From Vitrella brassicaformis CCMP3155 (Eukaryota > Protista > Chromerida), in the NCBI GenBank assembly GCA_001179505.1, contig CDMY01000954.1, positions 169,605-233,604 of the forward strand: a stretch of 64,000 nucleotides of DNA. The letters run 5' to 3'. Below, in pieces: positions 25,690 through 37,402 of the stretch. A model generated the notes under the pieces. The model searched no databases. It was not told the DNA's origin and saw only the letters and a list, made by a program, of their open reading frames with translations. The position numbers were made by a program, and so were the translations under genes. How positions within the stretch are numbered: the stretch's first letter is position 1; every line of letters starts with the position of its first letter.

Positions 25690-28600
25690 TCACACGATGA
25701 GGATGGCGGGATCAGGGGAGTAGCTCTTGCCCTCGAGGCCAAGATGGACGCCAGCAAACATGTGACAACCACTGCATACGACCGACAGAGACAGCACTAT
25801 CCATATGCAGCAGGGCAGCATGTCGCTTTGTGCTGTTCTCTTACAGGAGTGCGCTTCGAATGTTTCTGTCCCTGTCATCGACATCTTTCGCCAGCGTCTG
25901 GAAAGACTTCATTAACGACCAACTCGTAGCACCTGCACCATACGCATGTGTCATTCTCAAGATATGCAGAAAAGACGGTCGATTTGCCCACAACAGCATA
26001 ACACCCACCTTGAGTGACGTGCTCGATGGTCATCTCACAGTTCTCTCCCAGAGGGTTGTTGTTGAAGATCACCTGCAAACCACACCTGGGCAACTCGCCC
26101 GTCACGTTGCCGCGGTCGTCCATGCACCTATACGCAGAGAGACACAACGACAGGCGTGATGTAGCGATGCATCATTTCCACTCCTTATCCGTACAGTTTG
26201 TGGTTGCCACACGAAGAAGATATCGGCAGTTGGACGAGGTCCAGCTTGCGAGACAGGAAGAGGTTCCTCTTGGTGTGTGAGTAAGTCACGGGCTTCTCTC
26301 TGCTCTCATCGAGAGCAGGCAGGGCGGCAAGATGGTATGTAAGGGCATTCTCGTCTGAGTAGTGCTGTGTGTGTCTGCTGATGGCGCCACTCGTGTTGGA
26401 GAAGGGGCAGGGGCCGCAGTCAAACACCATACTGACGGTGCACGATGGGTCCACACCATAAAGCCACTGCATCAGGTCGGCATGTGTTATCACGCGGAAA
26501 CCTGTGCATGTGTCGTCGCGTCAGCAGGACAAGGTCGCCCTTCTTGTCAGTGACTTACCAACACCTGCCGGCACATCGATCGTCTTTTTGCTTGCAGGTG
26601 TTGCCCTCCTGGGCTCCTCGCTCCGCAGCACTGCGCTTCGGTGTTGCCGCACCTCTTCATCGAAGTCCGAGGGGCAGAAGACGCCCTGCCGCTCCTTGTT
26701 CTTGCCCACAGGCAGCAGAGAACCGTGACCAGCGAATATCACCGCCAGATTCTCGCCCGGCCTGACTTCATTTCGCATTCTCTCCAGCTCGTGCATGATG
26801 TTGTGTCGCGTCGGCTGTCTGCTCTCATCTCCGTCTCCCTCCATCAGCAGCGTTATGTCCTCCAGGCGCCAGCCGACGGTGAATACCAGGTAGGACTTCC
26901 AGTTCTGCACGTCGTGGGACGTGCCCCGCAAGAAGCCGCGAGACTTGTTATATGAGCAGCCGACGATGAGGGCCTTGCCTCGCCGCTGGAGCGGGGCGAT
27001 GGCGTATCGTCTCTCCTGGAACTCCTGAACGAAGTGGCCCAGTTGGGGGACGTACTTGAGGCCGTGCCGTCCGGTGCCGAACGGGACGTAGGATGGAAGC
27101 GATGTAATGTTCTTCTCGAGCTTTAACTCTTGCTTTTCGAGGAAACGACTGTTGTACTCCTGTGCTTGAATCTGCGTGAGAAAGAAAAGAACGGGACATG
27201 TGGCGTAAGGGAAAGGGCACGATCACTCACTCACCAGTATGTCTTGTTTCTCTTGCAGGTCCTCGACTTTGATTTGCAGCTTCTTGAGCTTGTCCTCGTA
27301 CTTGTCCTGCACGGCCTTTCTCTTGTCCGTCGCGGCCTTCCCCATCGTGGCCATCTCCTGCCCCACTTGCCGCCAGTAGGCACCCATGTCGTCCTCACCG
27401 ATCCCTGATGACCCCACTGTGCTGGGCAACTTGTGTTCGGCCTTGAGGCGAGCAACTGTTTCGAACAGGTAAGTGAAATCTGCCTTCAGTAGCTCGAAAG
27501 GCGTCTGTTGATGGGAGACACGTGTACTTGAATGAAGATAGGTGCAGACAATGATTTGTGGCCTTACGATTTCTGGGTGCTGCATCTGCTGCCGCGATTG
27601 TGCCGTTTGTTTGATCTTCTCCAGTTCTGCCTTCCTTCTCTTGACATCCGTCCACATTTGGTCCTCCATTATCTCCAGAGTCGACCTGAGTGTCTTGGAC
27701 GATGCTGAAAGCGCCACAACCTTCTCAACCGCACTCACCTGACCGACACATGGAATGAGCAAACGCCCTGTCTGTATGGCCCCATGCATTCTTCTTCTTT
27801 CCTCACCGCTTCCTCAATGCTTTTGGTCTCTTCCCTCACTTGATCCCTCTTGCTGATCGCCTCATCGATGCGGGAGCGGGTGTTGCGCACGAATTCAGCC
27901 TGGAACGGAAAGACAGCCAGGAACACATGTTCGTGAGCCTGCTTCAGCTGCATGTATCTCACCGCCATGTCGTTTCGTATGTCGCATTCGATCATTTCTA
28001 TCTGTCTGCGTTTGTCCTCTATGGCAGCCTCGATGGCCTGACGCTCCTCGTTGACCTTCTTGATGGCGCTCTCAGTGGAACCCACCTCCGTTTCGAGAGT
28101 CGACTGCAGCTGCCTGCAGCGTACACAACAAGCAAGTTAAGTGGTCTGATTTCGTTGACTGGCTCATGACATCCATAGTGTGTGTACCGTTCGTCAGATT
28201 GTTCGTTTTCCAGTCGTTGCTGTCTCTGCTTGAGCTCCTCCATGTCCTTCTCAAGCGATGCATGCTGGGCCTGCAGCAGACGCTGCTTCTCCTCCTAATG
28301 CGTTCACACATACATACGTCAACAACGACAATGAAGCTGTGTCACGTCTCTTCCTCCTCACCAGGTTTCGTTGTGCTTGTTGAATGCTGGCTTGGATCTT
28401 GCGGTGCTCGGCCTCCTTCTCGGCGGCAACCCGCTGTGTCCGCGATAGCTCGTCATCCAACGCCCACTAGACAGACACCCACACAGATGAGTATGTAGAA
28501 TTTGCAGGCAGAAAAAAGCAACTGCTTAACCTTGTCTCGTTTCCGTTTGGTCATGTGGATTTCCTTCTGGTGCAGGGTCGACACCAGGTCCTTGTACGAC

Positions 28601-31600
28601 TGTGATGGGCTGCGATTGGCAAGCGCTTGACGCTCCTGCGAGGGACAAGCCACGCACACATGTTTGACTCCTTTCTTGTGTTCTCTCGCACGTTGACCTT
28701 TTCAAGTGCTTGCTCCAGGCTTTTCTTTGACGTCTCCAGCTCGTTGCGGCGGGAGATTCTTGCCTTCAGCTTTTGTCCGAGTGATGCCTTGAGCTCCTCG
28801 GCCGCGTCGCGTTCAGTCTCAAGACTTTTCAACTTGCCTCGCAACGACTGAAGAACCAAATATACGGATGGCACCCGTCCGCTGACAATTCCCAGATGCA
28901 AATAACCATTTGCCCACCTGCTGTTCTCCCTCTGCATTCTGCAGCTGTCTTTTGAGGTCTTCCAGGTCGCGATCCCTTGACTGCACTTCGCGACGACTCA
29001 TATCAAGACTCCTGTAGGTGAGAACACCCCAAACGGAAATGAGACGCACGAGGGGTAAACACACTTCCATTTTCGTGTAAGTGTCGACTCACATCTCCAG
29101 TTCACGCCGTCGAGTTGAGAGAGCACCAACTGTCTGCGAAGGCGAGGCATGCTTTCATTCATTCAACCATCCATGCGGGGTGTTCAAATGCTTTGTTGGC
29201 TGTACCGTGACCCTCTGCTGTTCTCCTTCATCGATCTGGCGCTTCAACCGCTCAATCTACAAAGGCATGGTGACACGAACAGGCACTTAGAACATCGCGT
29301 GTGTCACAGCATGCTTCACCTCTTGTTCCTTCTCCCTCATCTTGTCTTCCACAGACAAGATCTCGGTATTCAAATCCTGATGAGTCAGAACACATGACGA
29401 ACAAGACCTGACAAATGAGGCAGTGCTCCTGACTGACCTCGACTTGCACCACAGCAGCCTGGTTCTGCTGTCTGAGGGCTTCAATGTCGGCCGTGCGAGC
29501 CTGCATGCACACCACAAATTCCGTCGGCAGGAATCGATGCCAGCACTTCTTCGGTTTCTGTCACCTGAAGGCGCTTGCGACTTTGGTCCAGGTCGCGTCT
29601 CGCGGCATCCCTCTGCTCACGCATTGAGCGGACCTCCTTCTCGTACTTTTCGATCTGTCGCCTCTGTTTCGTCAGCGCCTCCTCCGCCCGCTGCATCCAC
29701 CAACCAGCCACATGATACACTGACCCCATCTGTCCTCTCTGGGATGCTCGGCTCACCCTGACTGCTTCGGCCTTGTTTCTGACCATCTCCTCCATCTCCT
29801 TCCTGCGCTTGTCATTGTCGGCAAGGCGGCCCTGCAGCGACTGGATCTCGCTGCTGAGAGACTGCCTCTCCTCTTCTATCTTGGTGAGCTGCTGCTGCAT
29901 GCTCTGCTGATAGGACACCGACTGGTCGAGGTCCTTCATCACGGCTGACAGCTCTGCAGGTAAGGGAGAGAGAACACAGAGAGAGACATGGCTTTGACCG
30001 GTTTCGGACGACACAGGTCTTCGGGTGTGTAAGTGTGCGGTCTGGTACCTTCTTTCCTCTTTGCAATTTGCGCGTCGACATGTTTGCGTCTGTCCATGTA
30101 GGTGTCCAGCTCCTCGCGGCGGAGACGTGCGCTGCTCTCAAGAGACACCAGCGTGTTGACGTCATCCTAAAAAACAAACACGGGACATCGATCTCGGCAC
30201 ACTAGTTGTCGATAGATGCTGGTTACCTGCAGTTCCTTCTGCACACTCTCTGCTTCCCTCTCGAGTGCGTTCAGCTCATGCTGCAGGGCCTCCTTCTTGG
30301 CCCCGCTGTCCGCCAACTTGCCATCGTATTCACTAAAGGAAAGAACATGGATGCAGAGAGATGCCCTGTGTCGGCGCCAGCTTCTCACCGGTCCACATTT
30401 GCGCGGATATCCCTGAGGTGTTCGTATTCCCTCGCGATGTCCTCACCCAGCTTCTTAAGCTGCGACAACAAGTCGGTGCTTTATGGGCACAGAAAGCTCA
30501 GCGCCTTTTCCACGTGCCTTTTCGAGCCGTTCCTTCTGTCTGGCGATGTCTTCAGGGCTGTTCAGCAGGTCGGGACGCGCCGTGAGCATGTTTCGCGTGG
30601 CCGTTTCGAGCCTCGCTGACTCGCCGCGCAAACGATTGACCTCGCTCCTGGCGGCCTCCAGGCGCTGCAGGCAGGAACATTGATGCAGAAGAGTAAGTGT
30701 CCGACAGCCTGCATGCACACGATTGTGCGGACCTGTTTGCGATCCACACGTCTCTGGAAAAATGCCTGGACACGAGACCTGCATAATGGACGCACAAGGC
30801 GCCTTGGACACGGGATCGGTAAATGGCAAGTGTTGACTTCACTTCATGTCTTCGACGCGGATGTCCTTTGCGATGCTGGCAAGGCTGTCATCCATGCTAC
30901 GATCTGATCACTCATATGCACACAGCCATACTGCTGCCATTTTGTTGGTGTGTCCGCTTGCTTTCTCTTGTGTGCGCACCTCCTGCAGGCACCTCTGCCT
31001 TGACCCACCGCCCGCTGTCCCTCTGTTTGTCCGGCCGCTGCAGATACTCCTTCCAGCTCCTCAAGTTGGACTGGGCAGCGTCGTTGGCCGCTGACTCCCT
31101 CTCGTACTCACGTTGACGTGTCTCGCGCTCCCTGCCACACCCATGCATACAGACGACCGTAGGCAAGGATCTTGTGTGCCTTAGTGTCTCACCTTTCTGC
31201 TTCCTCAACGGCTGTCTTTTGGTTATGCAGCTCTTCCTTAAGCGCTGCCACCTTCCTGCGAATGGCCTTCCTCTGAGAAAAGAAGAAGAACGCAAAGCAC
31301 TCAATCCGTGTATTTTCGGAGCCTTCAGAGGCCTTTCACCTCCTCAACTATCTTCTTGTGCTCTTCGCTCCCTCGCTCAACTGCGAAAGGACACGAGACG
31401 CTTGGCGAAGTGCCATATGAAAGTTCATTCTATGCGCTAACTGTAAGGCACTCTTGGAGACTTGACGTCGGGCGGCCCCTCGCCATAAGCACGCTCAACC
31501 TGCACGAGGCTTTCCCGCAGTTTCTGCAGCCTCTCGGCCCCACTGTCCGCCAGGGGGTTGTGACGAGCGGGCGGCACGGGGATTGGCATCGCGGGAGAGG

Positions 31601-32093
31601 CGAACTGAAGACACAGCCGTATGCGGGGCTTCTGCAGGACAACAGACAGACGCAAGGAAATCACTGTGGTCTCGGTTGCCAGTATCGCATCGGTTGCCCA
31701 CCCTGTCGTCATATGGGAGCGTGGCTGAAAGGGAAAAGGATAGGCAGGGAATGCGATACGCTGCCGTATTGTGTTCGCCCGTGTAGGCTGCATACTGTGT
31801 CTGGCCAGTGCCACATCCGTGGTGTGGATGTTGATCCACTCGTTGAACTCATTCCCTCGCCGCAGCAGGATCTCCACGTTCATGAGCCGCTGATAGTTGA
31901 CGCCCGCCACCATGACGTTGAGCATAAGGGACGGCAGAGTGTCGTCATCTTCGGGGAAGGGCAGCAGGAGGCCGCGGACGAACAGGGGGACGGGAGCGTG
32001 TTGGCGGCCAAAGGTCACGCTGATGGTGGCATTTGTGGTCGGGAAGCCGCTGGTGTCCAACACGGACAAATACATGCGGTTGGCGGCCGCCAT
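25690..32093 (-). CDS. Large multi-exon protein: C2-like beta-rich N-terminus, very long coiled coil, C-terminal metacaspase (C14B)-like domain with an altered Cys motif
   Basis: C-terminus: KALIVGCSY..LRGTSHDVQN, PTRHNIMHEL..VRPGENLAVIFAGHGS, VFCPSDF, VSMVFDCGPC, CMDD, GATSWSLMKSF. About 4.3 kb of E/K/Q/R heptad-rich exons precede it. The join to the 32093 ORF through intron gttagc..tttcgcag keeps frame (PRVPY-IERGSEEHKKIVEE-RKAIRRK); this 5' join is less certain. Confidence 0.8.
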
Positions 32094-32220
32094 TTTCGCA
32101 ATCGAACAACGGGCTCGGGGGAGAGAGAAACGTGCCAGTGCATGCAGTGGCCCCCAGTTACCCCCAGTCTTCCGTCTCGGAGCTCCGTCTTGCGCGTTTG
32201 TCCGGAGATGACAGGTGAGC

Positions 32221-33816
32221 AGAAGATGCTATGTGCGTGCGTGTGTCAGGTTGGTCGGAGCAGCGGCACTCTGGAACCTACACAGGCGTGTGTGCGGGTG
32301 TGAATGAAGGCCGCTGTGTCGCTCCTCTGAGTTATTCTGGCCTCTGTGGCATCATCCAGCGACTCACTGACTACTCGCCTGAGGACAAGAAGGCCTTCGC
32401 CGGCCGATGTGTGGTTCGTTGGCCGACAGCCATTGAGTGCACACGCGACCTTTCGGGATGCCCCGAGGGTCAGTCTGACACACGGACACACATGGATCCA
32501 TGAATGTCTGTCTGTGTGTGTGTATGTGTGTGTCATAGGTTGGGTCGATGTGTCTGGCGGCCGCGGCCACCTCTGCCGCGCCCCGCTTACGTACAGCGGA
32601 CGGTGCGGACGGCTGCACACATTCGGTAAGGCAGCAGTAAAGAGAGACACGATGCTCACACCTACATGCGCATCAAGGTGCGTGCATCGCATCCACACAG
32701 GCAGACGAGCGCACCAAACCACCCACACCCACCCGAGCAGCACATTGCTCTGTCTGCCTGCCTGCCTGTGTGTGTGTTGGTGCATGTGTGTGGTCGTTCA
32801 GCAATGGTTTTTCCGTCCGTGTCGATGGCTTTGAAGGAGGGCCAGTGGGATGGCATCGGTGTGCTGCTGTTTTTGCAATGCAATACGTGTGGGGGGTGGG
32901 TGCATACAAGCAGAGATACACACGATACACACCCTGTGTATCGTCAGCACATCGCTAGCTGTGGTTTTTCCCCCACTCACTCACTCACCCACTTAGTTGT
33001 CGTCTCGTGAACTGTCTACCTGCATATGTATCGATACTTGGCGAGAGGGGAGGTCTGCCTGTATGGGAGAGAGAAGCTCTGCCTGCATCCATCCAATGAC
33101 ACAGAGGGAGAGATGACACAGATGCTAATATGTGCGTGCGTGTGTCAGGCTGGACGGAGCAGCGGCACTCTGGCGCCTACACAGGCGTGTGTAATGCACC
33201 GAAAAGCTACACGGGGCCGTGTGCGCGCAGCGTCTACCTGGGCAACGCCACTTACACGCCAGCCATGCGCAAGGCCTTCGCAGAGACCTGCCAAGGTCGG
33301 CCAGCAAACGGCGTGCGTCGTGTGTGTTTCTTTCCTTCACTGTGTGTGTGTGTGCGCTGATCAGTTGAGTATCCGTGCGTCGACGAGGTGTGTGTGTTCA
33401 GGCCGGGTGGCCCGATTCGCGTGCCTGCGCCACTCATGTACGCCGCCAAGCTGTCAGACATGGTGGCCGACCACCTGCGAGAGCAGTTCAACCCACGCCT
33501 CCAGAGCTTTCTGTTCTTCCTCTAAGCCAACACACCCAACTGGCTCCACAAATGACGACACCCACACCCGCACAAACAGGTCGATGACCAGTCAGGCAAT
33601 CCGACAAATTGAATGCACACAATGAATGCCTCAACACATGATGGCGTGTCTGTCTGTGTTATCCATTGATCAGAAGCGCCGCCCGCCGTGTCAGCGGGCC
33701 AGCCAAAGAGGCCTCCCTCTGTCGATTTGCCCGACGGCCCCATCAACCGCACCATGACGGCACAGCACAGCGGCACGATGGGCAACTTCCTCCTCAGTGC
33801 GCTCATGGGCAAGTGA
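32221..33816 (+). pseudogene. Inverted, rearranged paralog of the CPW-WPC gene (probable pseudogene or chimera)
   Basis: 32290-32650 matches 19043-19385 inverted and 33093-33985 matches 17712-18451 inverted. It lacks the signal-peptide exon, the middle exons are replaced by unrelated sequence, and a 149-nt segment replaces 24 nt (frameshift). Confidence 0.7.
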
Positions 33817-34659
33817 CAGTGACGCAGTCAGACAGTTCTGTCCGTGAAGAGACATGACGCGCAATGGGTGACTGCGGTGCGTGTGAGAGAGACACAATGG
33901 TTGAGGGACAATGTGTAATTAACTCAAACACCGTCTGGGTAAGTTAGACTGACCAACTCACCCCACCGGCACACAGCAAGGTGACGATGACAGATTGCGT
34001 ACTGCTGATGTAGATGTGTCCGTCAGTCCATCAATTCGTTCATCGAAGCATCGTGACTCAATGAGTGTACGACTGAATTGAGCTCTGAATCCCGTCGTGG
34101 CAAAAAAGTCGGCATTTGTCCGTCCATAACGAGCATCGATCAATCACCACATGACCCCGCAGAGTGCAATGTGCCACCTGTTTGTCTCCGGCCCTGAGAG
34201 GCTCTGTGTTGACGGGTCTTCAACGGTCAACAGAGAGACACTCTGAGAGCTGCAAATACACAGGAAGCACAGGAGCAACCTTAGCGCGTGCAGAGCATCC
34301 AGAGCGACAAGACGTTCAAGGAAAAAAGCTTGTGTGTTGTTCAAACACAGCATTGAGATGCCGTCCAGACAGCAGGCAACAGATTCGTCGTCCCCAATCA
34401 AACAGCTCTTGCTGCCAGTATAGGGGCGAATTCTCAGCGCATTCATCGATCCATTCATTCCCTATTCACCCGGCCAGACAGCCCCCGTCATGCAATTCCC
34501 CACCCACACACAAACGGCACCCACCCACCCACCCACCCAAAACTCATTGCCATTCCCCGCCCCGTATGAATCATTGAAAAAAACACGCGCATGCATCAGC
34601 GCGACTGGATGCCTCCCTCCCTCTCCCTCTCCCTCTCCCTCTCCCGTTCCCTGCCTTAA

Positions 34660-36848
34660 TCACTCATGCCGTCCTCCGAAGAACACTTCGACGCTCATGG
34701 CCGGTCCGTCGTTGCCGCGCGGCGAGTCGTTGGCATGCCGGTTGGCGCCCCTCACCCTGCTCCTGCCTGCCACACTGGGCTCAACGAGCATGTCGGGCAT
34801 GTCGGGCGATGGGCTGCGGGATCGCCTGGTGGTTCGGGGCGGAGTGGTGGGCACACCTGCTGCACGAGAGGGCCGAGCGGGCCGTGGTGGAGAGCGACGG
34901 GCGGATGGAAGGTCATCGCCCATCAAGACCTCCCATCCGTGCCGGCCCTGTACACAAACAGCCAGCACAAAAACAGGTGACATGAGACTGGCCGTCACCG
35001 TGAGAGTGAGTGTCATGGCTGCCCGCCCACCGTGAGAATGCCGCGCCTTCGCTGCCTCTCATTCTCCCTTCGCTGCTCCCTGGCCGCCCGCATCTCCCTG
35101 TCTCTCTCCCTCTCCCTCTCCCTCCTCCGCCCACCCAGCCGCAGCGCCAGCGGGATGCCTTCATCGCCGGCCGCCACGTCCACCGAGAACATCTCGTCAC
35201 CTTCGGCAAGCCGTCGGCTGCCCACACGAGCAATGATCTCCTCTCGGAAGTCTCGCAGGCGCGACTCTCGGGCCTCACGCTCTCGGTCGCGGAGCTCCCT
35301 GGCGGTCTCGAAGGGTGGCGAAGGGAATGGCGACGATTGCGGCTGCTTGAGGAAGGGCGCCTAACAGAAGCACGGAGGATGGTGTCAGGGAAAGACATGG
35401 ATGAATGCCAACGTGTGAGTCGATGTGTCGTGTGCTTACAGCGGCATCCTGCAGGTTGAGGCGGCAGAGAGGGCAGGAATCGTGCTTCTCGAGCCACTCG
35501 TCGAGGCACCACACTGACAAGAGAGGCAGACAGACAGACAGATCGAGTGCTGTGAGGGGATGGCTCTGCTGCCCAGATGCTTACTGTGGTATTTGTGGCC
35601 GCACGAGTCCACTCGCCTCAGCGGCTGCAGAACTTCAAACGGCTCGAAACAGATACTGCACGACTGCACACTCACAAACACCCCCACACACACACAGAGA
35701 GAGAGAGACCATTTATGACCGCGTGTGACCACAATCAACTGACGCCTTTCTCCCCGCCTCACCTGTTCATCGTGCTCCCAGTTGGCCAGATTACGCATCC
35801 CCGACCCCTTCATCGACTCCGCAGCCGCGTCCCCGCCGCCTCCCTCCTCCATCCCACCACCAGACGAGCTCGCCGCTGCCGCAGCAGCTGCCGGCACCGC
35901 TACAGGGGCCGAGGCCGCAGCAGCAGCGGCTGACGAGGACGACGAGCTAGTGGCTGCTGGCTGTGGCTGGTCGCCCTGTTTGTTGTTGTTGTTGTTGTTG
36001 TTGGCGAATGAGGGTGGGACGAATGGCGCGAATTCGTCTGGTCTGTGGGCGGCGAGTAGCCGCTGTGCGACGCTCTCGCCGTGGATGACCACACTGGTCG
36101 ACTTGCGGATTGAACTGAACAACACAACAGAAACACACACCGCACCAAGGGATATCATCAGACACACCCTCTAGCCCGTTCCTTCCCTCTCCCTCACCTG
36201 AAACTCATCTTGCCGTCGTTGCCTCTGTCTCTGTCCCTATCTCGGTCACGGCGCCTCCTCTCCCTCGGGTGGTCCCGCACCACCAGCCCCTCCGCCCCGT
36301 CAACAAACATCGCATGGGCATCCCTCAGCCTCATCGACGGAAACGGCACGTTGCGAATGTCGACACGCCGACTGGCACGAGGCACGGAGAACGGCATCTC
36401 CTCGCTCGCCGCGGCGTTGCCTCCACTGCCTACTGCGTTGGTGGAGTTACCGCCGGCCGCAGCAGCAGCAGCAGCAGCAGCAGGAGCAGCAGCAGCAGCA
36501 GCCGCTGCTGGTGCGCCTGTGCGCACTGCGGACACCACACCTACGCCAGGGTGCTGCTCGATGGACGCCTCGATGCGCCTCCTTCGCGGCGGTGGCCCTA
36601 CAGGACTCATAGGCGGCGTGTGCTCCAATGACTGCAGAAACGACACACAAGAGGAGGTAGGCCGCGTGTGAAGACGGATGGAGGGATGCACTGCTGAGGG
36701 TGTGCAAGTGACTCACCTGTGTGGGTGGTGATGCGAGTGGTGCAGGGGGATGTAGAGCAGCCTCGTTCTGCTGGGGAGGGTTGGAGGGAGCTTCTGAGCC
36801 TCCCAACAAGCCCATCCTCTGGAGAAGCCGACGGTCTGAACTCTGCAT
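34660..36848 (-). CDS. RING-H2 (C3H2C3) E3 ubiquitin ligase with low-complexity flanks
   Basis: CSICFEPFEVLQPLRRVDSCGHKYH-..CLDEWLEKHDSCPLCR. Poly-A, poly-N and RE-rich segments. Last exon ends VFFGGRHE*. The start codon is uncertain. Confidence 0.85.
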
Positions 36849-37402
36849 GTCTCTCTGAAGCCACAAAGAACGCAGCGACAGCGACAACCAGTGACTGACG
36901 GTGTCAGCGACACACAAGAGCACGAGCTGGTGTGGTCCTTCATGGGAATGTGGCGTGTGGGGATCTTCTCCTCCCTCACCTGTCAGTCCGATGGTCTCGA
37001 AAGGGTCTTGGGAGCTTTTCCAGCTACTCCAGTGCTGTTGTGGGTGCTCAGCGCCGCAGGCTGCCGGAGCTTCTCATCCAAGCGCTTTTTGCCTTTTTGC
37101 GAGCTTCAGCGCTCGGCCTACATCTGTTTTCATTTTTCTTGTGTGTTCTTGCTGGGGACAGGTTTGTGGCGTCAGTTCTGTGTCGTTTTCCCGCCCTTGT
37201 TTCCCCCCCTCCCGCCAACCCACCGGCCCCAACTCCCGCCTGGTTGGCGGAAGAGGCTGTCCCACGCGGCTCCAGGTACGTGCATTGGAGCACACACACC
37301 GTCCCCTCACCCTTTGCATGAGGCCCCCTCTTCCCTTGCCGTGTGCGATTGATTCGGCAGACAACCCAAGAGACAAACTGACCGGTCCGTCGAGCGTTGA
37401 AC

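Larger units (their letters stand above)
17712..33985. repeat. Inverted repeat pair (17712-18451 vs 33093-33985; also 19043-19385 vs 32290-32650) flanking the insulinase and metacaspase genes
   Basis: Reverse-complement match read directly, including introns and about 170 bp of 3' flank. Confidence 0.85.

Noticed and set aside
31437-32093. 218-aa ORF as an independent intronless (viral/HGT) gene
   Set aside because: It contains intron-like tracts (tgtctgtctgttgtcctgcag) and can splice in frame into the coiled-coil exons, so I treated it as the 5' part of the metacaspase-like gene.
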